Shown piece after piece: positions 18,498 to 27,846 of a DNA stretch of 64,000 bases. The translations under genes were made by a program, and so were the position numbers. The first letter of the stretch is position 1; each line of letters opens with the position of its first letter. The stretch covers positions 6,813 to 70,812 of the forward strand of contig DASVLI010000189.1 in assembly GCA_036384955.1 (NCBI GenBank), read 5' to 3'. Origin of the DNA: Terracidiphilus sp. Its GTDB lineage: Bacteria; Acidobacteriota; Terriglobia; Terriglobales; Acidobacteriaceae. The notes beneath the pieces were generated by a model, which searched no databases, had not been told where the DNA came from, and saw only the letters and a list, made by a program, of their open reading frames with translations.

Positions 18498-19279
18498 TCC
18501 GTCTCTTTCGCGCGCATTCCACCGGTCTGCACAACTGTTAAACCCTGCGCGGTGCGCACGCGCAGAAAACCATTCGCATCCAGCCCGTCCGTCACGCCGG
18601 TGCAGGCCTGCGGGCCATGCACATCCACGCTTCGTCCGCGCATCCAGGTTGAGGCTGCTTCCACGCGCGCCGGAATCCCAGCCAGGGCCGCCAGCTGCGC
18701 CAGCAAAAAGGCCTCGCGCTCCAGCGATTTTAGCAGGGCGATGAGCAAAGCCTGGCGGCTTATGGTACGGCCCGCGGCCAGGTCAAGTGAGGTGGCCGGT
18801 GTAGCTAAATCGGCTGCAAAGCCGCTTTGGTGCACATTGATGCCAATGCCCACCACCGCAAACGCCGCGCGGTTGCCCTCGGTTTTCGACTCCACCAGAA
18901 TGCCGCCCGTCTTGTTCGGCCCAATCAACAGATCGTTGGGCCAGCGCAGGTCGGCTGCAAGGTTGCTCGCAATGCCAATGGCCTCAGCCGCGGCCAGCCC
19001 CGCCACCAGCGGCAACAGCGGCAAATGCACGGCGGCCAGTTCGGGCCGCAGCAGCACGCTCACATACAAGCCCAGACCCGCGTTTGAAACCCACTGGTGG
19101 TCGCCGCGTCCGCGGCCGGCCGTCTGCTCGTTGGCAAACCACACACTGCCATGCGGCGCGCCGCTGCGCGCGGCGGCAAGGGCATCGGTATTGGTTGAGC
19201 CGGTGACGGCGGCGTAGTGCAGCCTGCCGGCGTAAATGGTTCCGGCCAGCGCGGCTTCGATCGATGCGAGGTCGTACAC
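18494..19279 (-). CDS. birA: Biotin--[acetyl-CoA-carboxylase] ligase (no N-terminal HTH)
   Basis: GRGRGDHQWVS biotin/ATP loop. 261 aa. 4-nt overlap with coaX. Confidence 0.88.
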   Translation of the reverse strand: MYDLASIEAALAGTIYAGRLHYAAVTGSTNTDALAAARSGAPHGSVWFANEQTAGRGRGDHQWVSNAGLGLYVSVLLRPELAAVHLPLLPLVAGLAAAEAIGIASNLAADLRWPNDLLIGPNKTGGILVESKTEGNRAAFAVVGIGINVHQSGFAADLATPATSLDLAAGRTISRQALLIALLKSLEREAFLLAQLAALAGIPARVEAASTWMRGRSVDVHGPQACTGVTDGLDANGFLRVRTAQGLTVVQTGGMRAKETD

Positions 19280-19281
19280 GC

Positions 19282-20172
19282 CTAGCTGGGCTCCGCCACA
19301 ATGCGCATGGAAATATCCGCAGCTTTGGCCGAGTGCGTGAGCGCGCCTACGCTGATGAACTCGACGCCCGTCTCCGCATAGGCGCGCATGTTTTCCAGCA
19401 CAATGCCGCCGGAGGCTTCGGTTGGAATCCAGCGTCTCTCCGCGCGGATGCGGTCGATGCAGTTCTTCACCTGCGCGGGCGTCATGTTATCCAGCAGGAT
19501 GGCCTCAGCGCCGCCTTCGATGGCCTCTTCCAAATCTTCCATCGTGCGCACTTCAACCTGCACCCGCTGGCCCTTCTGGCGATGCTGCAGCGCATTGGTC
19601 AGGGCCGCGCGCAGGCCGCCACCCAGCGAAATGTGATTGTTCTTAATCAGGATGCCGCTGGCCAAATCGAGCCGGTGATTGGTGCCGCCGCCGCACAGCA
19701 CCGCGTACTTTTCAAGAGCGCGCATGCCCGGCACGGTCTTGCGCGTGTCCAGCACGCGGGCCTTGGTGCCGTGGATGGCGTCCACGTAGCTGCGCGTGAG
19801 CGTGGCAATGCCGGAGAGATGCTGCATCAGGTTCAGGATGACGCGTTCGCAGCTCAGCAGCACGCGCGCGTTGTGGCGAATCACCGCCAGCACCTGGCCG
19901 CCTTCCACACGCACGCCGTCGAAGATCTCCGGATGGCTGACCACCTCAAAGCGCGCATGGGCCTGCGGCGTGGGGTCCAGGCGCGCAAAAATCTCAAGAA
20001 AACGCGGCACCGCGCCCAGCCCGGCAACCACCATCTGCTGGCGCGCGATGATGGAGGCGCTGGCGCGCAGGTTGGCGTCGATGGTGACGTGTGTGGTGGC
20101 GTCGCGAACCGCCTGGTCTTCCACCAGGGCCTGCTCCAGCAATGCGTCGATACGGCTGCTCTTCCAGTCCAT
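19282..20172 (-). CDS. nadC: Nicotinate-nucleotide pyrophosphorylase (carboxylating)
   Basis: 296 aa. RKTVPGMR, LLDNM and EASGGI motifs typical of QPRTase. Confidence 0.9.
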   Translation of the reverse strand: MDWKSSRIDALLEQALVEDQAVRDATTHVTIDANLRASASIIARQQMVVAGLGAVPRFLEIFARLDPTPQAHARFEVVSHPEIFDGVRVEGGQVLAVIRHNARVLLSCERVILNLMQHLSGIATLTRSYVDAIHGTKARVLDTRKTVPGMRALEKYAVLCGGGTNHRLDLASGILIKNNHISLGGGLRAALTNALQHRQKGQRVQVEVRTMEDLEEAIEGGAEAILLDNMTPAQVKNCIDRIRAERRWIPTEASGGIVLENMRAYAETGVEFISVGALTHSAKAADISMRIVAEPS

Positions 20173-20199
20173 GCGTGCCGCCTCCGGGGTCGCCGGAAG

Positions 20200-20937
20200 C
20201 TAAAGCTCCTTCTGCTGCCGAAGAAAGTTATAAACAACTTTTCGGGCACTGTCATCCGCCGAGCCCTGCATGGAGAAGAACAGCACTCCATCGCGGCGGT
20301 AAATGTCGAGCGAGTACCGATTTTGGATGCCCGCCAGTTCTGCGCCGATGCGCCGAAAAATGCCCATCACTCCGCGCCGGTACTGGTCCACAAAACGCAG
20401 CTCGCCAAGGTCTGTGTACCACAGCATAGAGATGGCTTGCACGGCATCGCGCACCAGGATGCGGTAGTTGGTTAAAAACAAAAACTCGGCCGGCGCTTTG
20501 CTCGCCGAGCCGGGACGCGAAAGCTCCACCAGGGCCACCGGCTGCTCGCGCGCATGCATGTGCGCCGCTGCCAGGTGGTCTACATAGAAGGGCAGATTGG
20601 GCGCCGTAAAACAGCCGCGCAACCCGCCAAAAAAGATGGGCGCCACGGGCGGCGGAGGCGGCACGGGCTGTTCGCGCGATTGCCGCGCGGCAGGCTGCTC
20701 GGGCTCCAGCAGAACCGGCGCTTCCAAATGTTCCCACAGCTCGCGGTAGGCCTCCTGCATCTGCTTGAAAGTCTCTTCCGCGATGGCGCGGCGCGCAGGC
20801 TGGTTCTCAAACCGGTCAGGATGCCACTGCCGCGCGGCGCTGCGAAAGGCCTTGCGCACGGTTGCCTGCGTGACGGCCTTGCCTGCCAGGCCGAGGGTGG
20901 CGGCATGGCGCGCGCATTGGTCGCAGACACAGGCCAT
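20200..20937 (-). CDS. J-domain protein with an uncharacterized C-terminal domain
   Basis: HPD tripeptide in VRKAFRSAARQWHPDRF, a Pro-rich linker, and a C-terminal domain of about 130 aa. Confidence 0.7.
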   Translation of the reverse strand: MACVCDQCARHAATLGLAGKAVTQATVRKAFRSAARQWHPDRFENQPARRAIAEETFKQMQEAYRELWEHLEAPVLLEPEQPAARQSREQPVPPPPPVAPIFFGGLRGCFTAPNLPFYVDHLAAAHMHAREQPVALVELSRPGSASKAPAEFLFLTNYRILVRDAVQAISMLWYTDLGELRFVDQYRRGVMGIFRRIGAELAGIQNRYSLDIYRRDGVLFFSMQGSADDSARKVVYNFLRQQKEL

Positions 20938-20941
20938 TGCG

Positions 20942-23782
20942 TTATTCCGGCGGCAGCGCGGCTAGCGCTGCTTTGGCCTTTTCCAGCAGCAACAGCGTTT
21001 CGGCGTGCTGCTTCTTGAGGCCCTCGACCACCTGCGCGGGAGCCTTGGCCAAAAAGCCCTCATTGCCCAGCTGGCGCTCGGCGGCGGCAAGACCTTTTTC
21101 GTACTTGGCGATGTCCTTGGTCAGACGTTCGCGCTCCGCGGGTACGTCGAGCTTGCGCTCGTAGACCACTGCAACGTCGAAGTTGAACGTTGAGTGCTTC
21201 GAAAGTCCGTCTGTGATTTGCGGAACAAAGCGAACTTCGCTCACTCGCGCCAGGCGCTCGACGATGACTGCATTTTCCTGCAGGACGGCCTGCATCCCGG
21301 CGTCGATTCGCACTTCGGCCGGGACAGCCGCCTTCTCCTCGACGCCAATCTCCTTGCGCAATGCGCGGATTTCAACGATGAGGTTTTGCAGAACTCCCAT
21401 ATCGATTTCCGCGACATCGTCGAGATGTTCCTTGCCCTGCGGATACGCGGTCAGCGCAATCGACTTTGCCGGCGGATTGCCGTCGTAGATCGCGTGCCAA
21501 ATCTCCTCGGTCAGGAAGGGCATGAACGGCGAAAGCAGCCGCAGCGAAGCCTCAAACACCTGCACCAGCGTGGTCAGGGCAGCCTTGGTACCAGCCAGAC
21601 GTGCATCGCGCTGACTTGCTGACTCGCCGTCTTGCTGGCTCGCTTCAAAATCCAGCCGCAGCTTGACGATCTCCAGATACCAGTCGCAGAACGAGCCCCA
21701 GAAGAACTGGTAGATGATGTTCGCCGCGTCGTCATAGCGATAGTTTCCCAGCGCTTCGTTTACCTTGGCCGCGGTCGCGTGCAGCTCGGCCACAATCCAG
21801 CGCGCTTCCAGCGGTGCGTTTTCCGCAACCGTTGGCATTCCGCCAAGCGTCGCCGGGTCAACTTTGATCCCAACCTCCGCGGCCCGGTCCACGTTCATGA
21901 AGATGAAGCGCGCCGCGTTCCAAATCTTGTTGGCAAACGCGCGATAGCCCTCGGTGCGCGCCACGTTGAAAGCAATATCCGTACCCGGAGAGGCCATGGA
22001 GGCCAGCGTGAACCTGACCGCATCGGTGCCATACTGCTTCACAATCTCGATGGGGTCGATGACGTTGCCCTTGGTCTTCGACATCTTCTCGCGGTTGGCG
22101 TCGCGCACCAGCGCGTGAATGTACACCTCGCGGAAGGGAACGGAGTCCGCAAGCAAGCGCGGGCTGCCATCCTTCATCGGCACATCCTGCGCGAACCAGC
22201 AGCCCATCATCACCATGCGCGCCACCCAGAAGAAGAGGATGTCGAAGCCGGTGACCAGCACGCTGGTGGGATAGAAGGCGTCGAAATCCGCACGGCTCAG
22301 GGCTGTATCCGCTCGGTTCTCCGCCGTAATGTTGGGCCAGCCAAAGACCGACACCGGCAGCAGTCCGCTCGAAAACCATGTGTCCAGCACGTCGGTCGAT
22401 TGCGTAATAGTCGCCGCGCCGCAATGCGCGCAGGCCGCGGGGTCCACGCGCGCCACGGTCACTTTGTGGCAGGTGGAGCACTCCCACGCGGGAATGCGAT
22501 GGCCCCACCAAAGCTGCCGCGAGATGCACCAGTCGTGGATGTTCTCCATCCAGTTCAGGTAGGTCTTCTCGTACATCTCCGGCGTGAACTTGATTTTTTT
22601 CTCGTTGACTGCCGCTCTGGCCGTCCCGGCCATCGAACCGCGTCCCTCTACCTCTTTGTTCACGGCCACGAACCACTGCAGCGAGAGCCGCGGTTCTACC
22701 ACTGTCTTGCAGCGGTCGCAGTGGCCCACGTTGTGCACGTGGTCCTTCACCGCTACAAGCAGGCCCTGCTCTTCCAGGTCGGCCACGATCTTTTTGCGCG
22801 CCACGTAGCGGTCCAGGCCCGCATAGGCGCCGCCCTCGGCGTTGATGTGCGCCGTGTCGTCCATGATGTTGATGGACGGCAGATGATGGCGCTGGCCAAG
22901 CGCAAAATCGTTGGGGTCGTGCGCCGGTGTCACCTTTACCGCGCCGGTGCCGAAGTCGCGGCTCACCCAATCGTCGAGAACGATAGGAATCTCTCGTCCA
23001 ACCAGCGGCAGGCGCAGCTTTTTGCCGTGCAGATGCGTGTAGCGCTCGTCTTCGGGATGAATGGCCACCGCCACGTCGCCCAGCATGGTTTCGGGGCGCG
23101 TCGTCGCAATGGTCAGGAACTCGCCGGAGTCAGAGCCGTCGGCATTGAGCACCGGGTACTTAATCTCCCACAGGTGTCCCTTGTGCTCGTCGTACACCAC
23201 CTCAAGGTCGCTGATGGCGGTCTGGCAGCGCGGGCACCAGTTCACGATGTAGGCGCCGCGATAGATCAGGTCCTGCTCGTAGAGCTTGACGAAGGCCTCG
23301 CGCACCGCCACGGAGAGATTCTCGTCCATGGTGAAGTACTCGCGGCTCCAGTCGACGCTGGCGCCCAGGCGCTTCATCTGGTCCAGAATGGCGCCGCCGT
23401 AGTGGCGCTTCCAGGCCCACACGCGGTCGACGAATGCCTCGCGGCCCAGTTCCTGGCGCTTCTTGCCCTCTTCGGCCAATTGGCGCTCCACCATCATCTG
23501 GGTGGCAATGCCGGCGTGGTCTGTGCCCGGCAGCCAAAGCGCGCGGCGGCCGCGCATGCGCTGCCAACGGGTCAGGATGTCCATCTCCGCCTGGTTGAGC
23601 ATGTGGCCCATGTGCAGGCGGCCAGTCACGTTGGGCGGCGGCAGCAGAATCACGTAGGCATCGCCGGCCGCACCACCCTCCTGGGGCGTGGGCTGGGCAA
23701 ACAGGTTTTCGCGCACCCAGTATTCGGCCCAGTGATCTTCAATGGCCGTCGGGTCGTAGGCTTTCGGCAGGTCGTGAGGCAT
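20942..23782 (-). CDS. valS: Valine--tRNA ligase
   Basis: 946 aa. HIGH-type PPPNVTGRLHMGH, a KMSKT loop, and a C-terminal coiled coil. Confidence 0.97.
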   Translation of the reverse strand: MPHDLPKAYDPTAIEDHWAEYWVRENLFAQPTPQEGGAAGDAYVILLPPPNVTGRLHMGHMLNQAEMDILTRWQRMRGRRALWLPGTDHAGIATQMMVERQLAEEGKKRQELGREAFVDRVWAWKRHYGGAILDQMKRLGASVDWSREYFTMDENLSVAVREAFVKLYEQDLIYRGAYIVNWCPRCQTAISDLEVVYDEHKGHLWEIKYPVLNADGSDSGEFLTIATTRPETMLGDVAVAIHPEDERYTHLHGKKLRLPLVGREIPIVLDDWVSRDFGTGAVKVTPAHDPNDFALGQRHHLPSINIMDDTAHINAEGGAYAGLDRYVARKKIVADLEEQGLLVAVKDHVHNVGHCDRCKTVVEPRLSLQWFVAVNKEVEGRGSMAGTARAAVNEKKIKFTPEMYEKTYLNWMENIHDWCISRQLWWGHRIPAWECSTCHKVTVARVDPAACAHCGAATITQSTDVLDTWFSSGLLPVSVFGWPNITAENRADTALSRADFDAFYPTSVLVTGFDILFFWVARMVMMGCWFAQDVPMKDGSPRLLADSVPFREVYIHALVRDANREKMSKTKGNVIDPIEIVKQYGTDAVRFTLASMASPGTDIAFNVARTEGYRAFANKIWNAARFIFMNVDRAAEVGIKVDPATLGGMPTVAENAPLEARWIVAELHATAAKVNEALGNYRYDDAANIIYQFFWGSFCDWYLEIVKLRLDFEASQQDGESASQRDARLAGTKAALTTLVQVFEASLRLLSPFMPFLTEEIWHAIYDGNPPAKSIALTAYPQGKEHLDDVAEIDMGVLQNLIVEIRALRKEIGVEEKAAVPAEVRIDAGMQAVLQENAVIVERLARVSEVRFVPQITDGLSKHSTFNFDVAVVYERKLDVPAERERLTKDIAKYEKGLAAAERQLGNEGFLAKAPAQVVEGLKKQHAETLLLLEKAKAALAALPPE

Positions 23783-23903
23783 GGAGTCCGATTGGCGGCC
23801 CGCATGGGAGTGCGCGTTTAAGCCCGTCTACAGCAGGGTTTTGCGCGTGGGGACCACCCTCCACTTTAGCAGAATGCGGGCTTGCCGGGCGTTGCTGGCC
23901 TGG

Positions 23904-24302
23904 TCACGGCGCGATGAGCGGAATCATTGGAAAGTAGCTGGCAAAGCGGCGCACGTCGCGAGTCAGCAATGGGCAGCCCAGTACTGCCGCATGTGCGCCA
24001 ATAAAAAAATCGGGCAGCAGGCTGGTGCGCGTGCCGCCTCGCTGACGGTATTGCTGGTACGCCTTGGCAGCAAAAAAGGCGGCCTCGGGCGGAATGCCCA
24101 TAAATCGCAGCCCAGCTGCATCGAGAATGCGGTCCACGTCGGCGGAGGCCGCATAGCGCGCGGCGATTTCCGCGTAGACGATGGGGTTGACGAACAGTTC
24201 GTCGACCAGCGATTGGGCGGCAATTTGCCCTGCGGACCACTGTTCCCAGGCAGGGTCGCGGTCGATCAGATCGAGCAGAACACAGGAGTCAACGAGGATC
24301 AT
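23904..24302 (-). CDS. vapC: VapC-type PIN-domain toxin
   Basis: MILVDSCVLLD (acidic residue 1), YAEI, LPDFFIG and LLTRD. 14-nt overlap with the upstream antitoxin. Confidence 0.85.
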   Translation of the reverse strand: MILVDSCVLLDLIDRDPAWEQWSAGQIAAQSLVDELFVNPIVYAEIAARYAASADVDRILDAAGLRFMGIPPEAAFFAAKAYQQYRQRGGTRTSLLPDFFIGAHAAVLGCPLLTRDVRRFASYFPMIPLIAP

Positions 24303-24555
24303 CGGAGTAGCCGCGAATCATTTCCATGTACTCGTCGGTCGTACCGTTCCACTTGATCTGTGCAGATCCAATGACCTCGTCCAGGCGAATACGCGGGCGC
24401 GGCTTGGCGCCATCCTCGCGCCGCAGCACGATGTCGCCCTGCTCGTTCACATCGAAGACCACGCGGCTGCCGGGGCCCAGATTCAGGGACTCGCGGATGC
24501 GCTTGGGGATGGTTACCTGTCCCTTGCTCGTCAATGTGGTTGGCTGGGAGGCCAT
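24289..24555 (-). CDS. vapB: AbrB/SpoVT-type antitoxin (VapB)
   Basis: TLTSKGQVTIPKRIRESLNL is a swapped-hairpin AbrB motif. 88 aa. Confidence 0.85.
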   Translation of the reverse strand: MASQPTTLTSKGQVTIPKRIRESLNLGPGSRVVFDVNEQGDIVLRREDGAKPRPRIRLDEVIGSAQIKWNGTTDEYMEMIRGYSDDPR

Positions 24556-24558
24556 GGC

Positions 24559-24586
24559 GGTATTACCTCATTAATATTGTAATACC
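24559..24586. promoter_or_regulatory. Palindromic candidate operator in the vapBC promoter region
   Basis: GGTATTAC-n12-GTAATACC lies immediately upstream of the vapB start (24555). Confidence 0.5.
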
Positions 24587-24620
24587 GTTCCGGTTTCTGG
24601 TCTCCCATGGGTTACAGCGC

Positions 24621-24650
24621 AAAGCAGAAAGGCCGCCTTGCGGCGGCCCT
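24621..24650 (-). terminator. Rho-independent terminator after the bamD-like gene
   Basis: GGGCCGCC-gcaa-GGCGGCC followed by tttctgct on the minus strand. Confidence 0.75.
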
Positions 24651-24673
24651 TCTGTCTTCATTAACTCTTATGT

Positions 24674-26161
24674 TTAGAATGGATTAAGCTTCTTCAGACC
24701 CTTCTTCTTCTTGGTCTTGCTGGAGGATTCGTCGTCCAGGTCGGCCTTGGCTGCCTTTTTCTTCTTGCCGTTGGCCGTGGTCGGTTGCTGCGTGTTGGTT
24801 GGCATCTTGGCTTCGTTAATCTGGTTCGGAGCTGCTTCCGGAGCCTCGGCTGCGGGCAGCGTGGTGTCCTTGGGCCCAACCGGCTTGATCAGCGGGTCCG
24901 CATTGTTGCCCGAGGGAGCGCTCACAACAGAAACGCCTACACCCGTTCCCGAGTCCGGAGCGCCTGTTTGCACCGGAGCCTCGGAAGGCTGGTCGCTGCG
25001 CGGCGGCTCGTTGGCGCCGGTCGGCTTGGGCTCGGCTGCGGGAGTGGCAGGGCGGCCGGCATTCATCGCCGTCTGGAAAAGCTGCACGTTCTCCTTGGTA
25101 ATCTCGGGAGCCGTGATGCGCTTGGGATCGGTGAGCGAGGGCTCGCCCACGTGCGCGGCCTCCACCACGGTGGGACCGTGCTTGATGAGGCCCAGAATCG
25201 AATCGGTGAAGCGCAGCGGCTGCATGCTGCGCACTTCGGCGTCGTTTTCGGCAATCGCGGTCTGGGTTGGTTCGGGAACCGTGCGGTTCATCGCCACCAG
25301 CCGGTCGCGCGCATCTTCCACGCGCGGAGCCATCGGGTAGCGCGTAATCACCTTGCTGTAGGCGGCTGCGGCACGGTCCAGGTAGAACGAGCGAAGCCGC
25401 TCGCGCACGGCGCCGTTGAGTCCCGGAGCCATCTGCACCGCGTGCGCCTGGCCGGCATAGGAGTCGCCAATCGACAGCAGAGCCAGATCGCTTTTGGAGT
25501 AGAGCGGATAGGTGTCAACCACCGTCTGCAGGCGCGCAATCGAGGCGGAGTAGTTCTCCTTGGTCAGGTAGTAGAAGCCAATTTCCGCTTCGCGCTCGGC
25601 CATCACTTCCTGCACGTCGCGCAGCTTCTGCTTGGCGCGCGGAATCAGCGGCGAATCCGGGAACATGTTGATCATGTTCCGGTACTCCTGCTCGGCGGCC
25701 TGGGCGTTGGTGTAGTCGCGGTCCGGCTTCTCCATCTGCTGGTAGAAGATGTCGCCCACCTTCATCTGGGCTTCGGCGGCTTCCGGCGCGTTGGGGAAGA
25801 AGGTGATGAAGTCCTTGTACTCGGCCTCGGCCTGGGTCAGCGCGGCAGTGCCGCCTTCCTTGAACCAGGTGTCGCCCACGGCCAGCTTGGCGCGCATGCG
25901 GTACTCGGAGTCCGGATAGGTGTTCAGCAGCGTCTGCAGCGTCAGGCGGGCCACGTCAAAGCGGCCCTTCTTCAGCGAGAGCATCGCCTTGTCGAACAGC
26001 ACCTTGTCCGGCTGCTTGGAGTTGACATTGGCCAGCGGATTGGCGCTCAGGTCCTCGTTCTTCTTGTGCTTCTTCTGCTTGACGCGGGCCTCAGCCGTGA
26101 CGCTGCTGAGAGCCAGCGCCGCCAGCGCCAGCACGGCCATATTCTTCGACAACCGGTTCAT
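24674..26161 (-). CDS. bamD: BamD/YfiO-like TPR outer-membrane assembly protein with a long Pro/Thr/Lys-rich C-terminal tail
   Basis: Signal peptide and a BamD-like TPR core (LFDKAMLSLKKGRFDVARLTLQTLLNTYPDSEY...). The cleavage region has no lipobox Cys. The C-terminal tail of about 180 aa is low complexity. Confidence 0.7.
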   Translation of the reverse strand: MNRLSKNMAVLALAALALSSVTAEARVKQKKHKKNEDLSANPLANVNSKQPDKVLFDKAMLSLKKGRFDVARLTLQTLLNTYPDSEYRMRAKLAVGDTWFKEGGTAALTQAEAEYKDFITFFPNAPEAAEAQMKVGDIFYQQMEKPDRDYTNAQAAEQEYRNMINMFPDSPLIPRAKQKLRDVQEVMAEREAEIGFYYLTKENYSASIARLQTVVDTYPLYSKSDLALLSIGDSYAGQAHAVQMAPGLNGAVRERLRSFYLDRAAAAYSKVITRYPMAPRVEDARDRLVAMNRTVPEPTQTAIAENDAEVRSMQPLRFTDSILGLIKHGPTVVEAAHVGEPSLTDPKRITAPEITKENVQLFQTAMNAGRPATPAAEPKPTGANEPPRSDQPSEAPVQTGAPDSGTGVGVSVVSAPSGNNADPLIKPVGPKDTTLPAAEAPEAAPNQINEAKMPTNTQQPTTANGKKKKAAKADLDDESSSKTKKKKGLKKLNPF

Positions 26162-26222
26162 ACCACCTCATTGCGGCGGCCGCACTGGGCCGCCTTCCCT
26201 ATCCAAACTTGCTGCAAACTCG

Positions 26223-26891
26223 CTATTCGCCGGCGGCTTTTTTGGCCGCAGCCAGCAGGGCGCGTGCGTCCTGCTCGGGGCGGCCGGCGCCAAAAACGGC
26301 ATTACCTGCCACCAGCAGCTCCGCACCTGCTTGGACGATGCGTTCCACCGTGTCGTGAGCCACGCCACCGTCTACTTCAATTTTAAATGCCAGCCCAAGC
26401 TCCCGGCGCAATTCGGCCAGATGCCGGATCTTATCCAGCGAAAACTCGATAAACTTCTGCCCGCCAAAGCCCGGATTCACGCTCATCACCAGCACATGGT
26501 GCACCATGGGCAGAATGTCCACCAGCAGATTGACCCGCGTGGCCGGGTTCAGCACCACTCCGGGCTTCATCCCGTTCTCGGCAATATGCGAAAGCGTGCG
26601 GTGCAGGTGGGTGCAGGCCTCGTAGTGCACGCTTACCCAGTTGGCGCCCGCCTCGGCAAACGCGGGGATGAACTCGTCTGGATTCTCGATCATCAGGTGG
26701 CAATCGAGCGGCAGCCTGGTCACCTTGCGCAGGCTTTTTACCACCGGGGGGCCCAGGGTAATGTTGGGCACAAAATGCCCGTCCATCACGTCCACATGGA
26801 TGACCGTGCCGCCGCCGCGCTCGGCCGCGGCCACCTGGTCGGCCAGGTGGGCAAAATCTGCGGAAAGAATGGAGGGCAGCAGCTCAACCAT
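26223..26891 (-). CDS. rpe: Ribulose-phosphate 3-epimerase
   Basis: PSILSADFAHL, HVDVMDGHFVPN and SVNPGFGGQKF motifs. Confidence 0.95.
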   Translation of the reverse strand: MVELLPSILSADFAHLADQVAAAERGGGTVIHVDVMDGHFVPNITLGPPVVKSLRKVTRLPLDCHLMIENPDEFIPAFAEAGANWVSVHYEACTHLHRTLSHIAENGMKPGVVLNPATRVNLLVDILPMVHHVLVMSVNPGFGGQKFIEFSLDKIRHLAELRRELGLAFKIEVDGGVAHDTVERIVQAGAELLVAGNAVFGAGRPEQDARALLAAAKKAAGE

Positions 26892-27015
26892 AGGCGTTTA
26901 AGGCACTTTCCCTTGCCCGGTTAGTGTATCAGCCGGTGAAAGCCGCGTGCTGCAGCGTCTTTTTCGGAAGCCTGCCTACGGAAGCGGCAATGCGGATTCC
27001 GTTCGCTTCGAGAGG

Positions 27016-27151
27016 GCATGGCTTCAGCCATGCAGTAGCCAGCCGAGCAAAGGCCCTGGTTTTCGATTTCGAGAGCAGGCTGCTCCCTGCTCTCGAAATC
27101 GAAAAACCGATGCATATTGGCCGCTTATGGCGGTCCGGCTGAAGCCGGACC
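27016..27151. repeat. Cluster of three REP-like perfect hairpins
   Basis: GCATGGCTTCAGCCATGC (27016-27033). A hairpin with arms of about 22 bp, ggttttcgatttcgagagcagg / cctgctctcgaaatcgaaaaacc (27057-27108). GGTCCGGCTGAAGCCGGACC (27132-27151). Confidence 0.85.
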
Positions 27152-27197
27152 CTTTCAAAACAGGGAACCCTCTGGAGTTGAATCAGGAGAGTTGGTC

Positions 27198-27830
27198 CTA
27201 CTGCGCCAGCACCTGCTCTGCCCCTCGGAACAGCTTGCTCAGCGCCCGCCAAACCCAACGCACCAGCAGCAGAATCGCCACCACCAGCGCCAGCGCAAGG
27301 CCGCCGGCCACGAAAGGATGCGCGGTCGCCAGCCATACCAGGCCTACCGCGCCCAGGTCCTCGACGGCGCTCAGGCCCATGTTGGAGAAGGGTTCCGGCG
27401 AGGGTGTGACCGCGGCCCGTGCCGCCGTTTTGCCGCCATGCGCCGCCAGGGCAATGGTTCCACCCAGCGCCGTGGCCGCCGCCTGCTGCAACGGAGAAAG
27501 CCCCGAAGTGGCCTGAAACGCCAGCAGCGCCGCTATCGGCACGCGGATAAACGTGTGCAGCGCATTCCACACCAGGTCGAAGGCCGGAACCTTGTCGGCG
27601 AAGAACTCCACCGCGAACAGCGCCACGCTGGCGCCGATGACCCACCAATTGGACAGGAGATGAAGAGAGGGCGGCAGCTCAAGCCATCGCGTGTGTGCCA
27701 GCAGCCCCAGCGTGGCCACCGTGGCGTACACGTTCAAGCCCGCGGCAAACGAAACCGCGATTAGCAGCGCCACCAGTTGCTGTGCCGGTATGCTCACGCC
27801 AAAAGTATAGGCGGTACCGGCACGCAGCAA
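27198..27830 (-). CDS. DUF4126-family membrane protein
   Basis: 210-aa polytopic protein. Carries FFADKVPAFDLVWNALHTFIRVP, the core typical of DUF4126 (from recall). Confidence 0.7.
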   Translation of the reverse strand: MLRAGTAYTFGVSIPAQQLVALLIAVSFAAGLNVYATVATLGLLAHTRWLELPPSLHLLSNWWVIGASVALFAVEFFADKVPAFDLVWNALHTFIRVPIAALLAFQATSGLSPLQQAAATALGGTIALAAHGGKTAARAAVTPSPEPFSNMGLSAVEDLGAVGLVWLATAHPFVAGGLALALVVAILLLVRWVWRALSKLFRGAEQVLAQ

Positions 27831-27846
27831 CGGATGTTTTCAAAGG

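Noticed and set aside
21632-23821. 729-aa ORF antisense to valS. Similar long antisense or out-of-frame ORFs occur elsewhere (e.g. 6093-7217, 755-1780, 28927-29994, 29823-30782, 34030-35622, 45611-46462, 52315-53916, 56287-57444, 58918-60252).
   Set aside because: These are shadow ORFs, expected in high-GC DNA opposite or overlapping genes with unambiguous family signatures. Their translations are Arg/Ala/Gly/Pro-rich low-complexity strings with no motifs.
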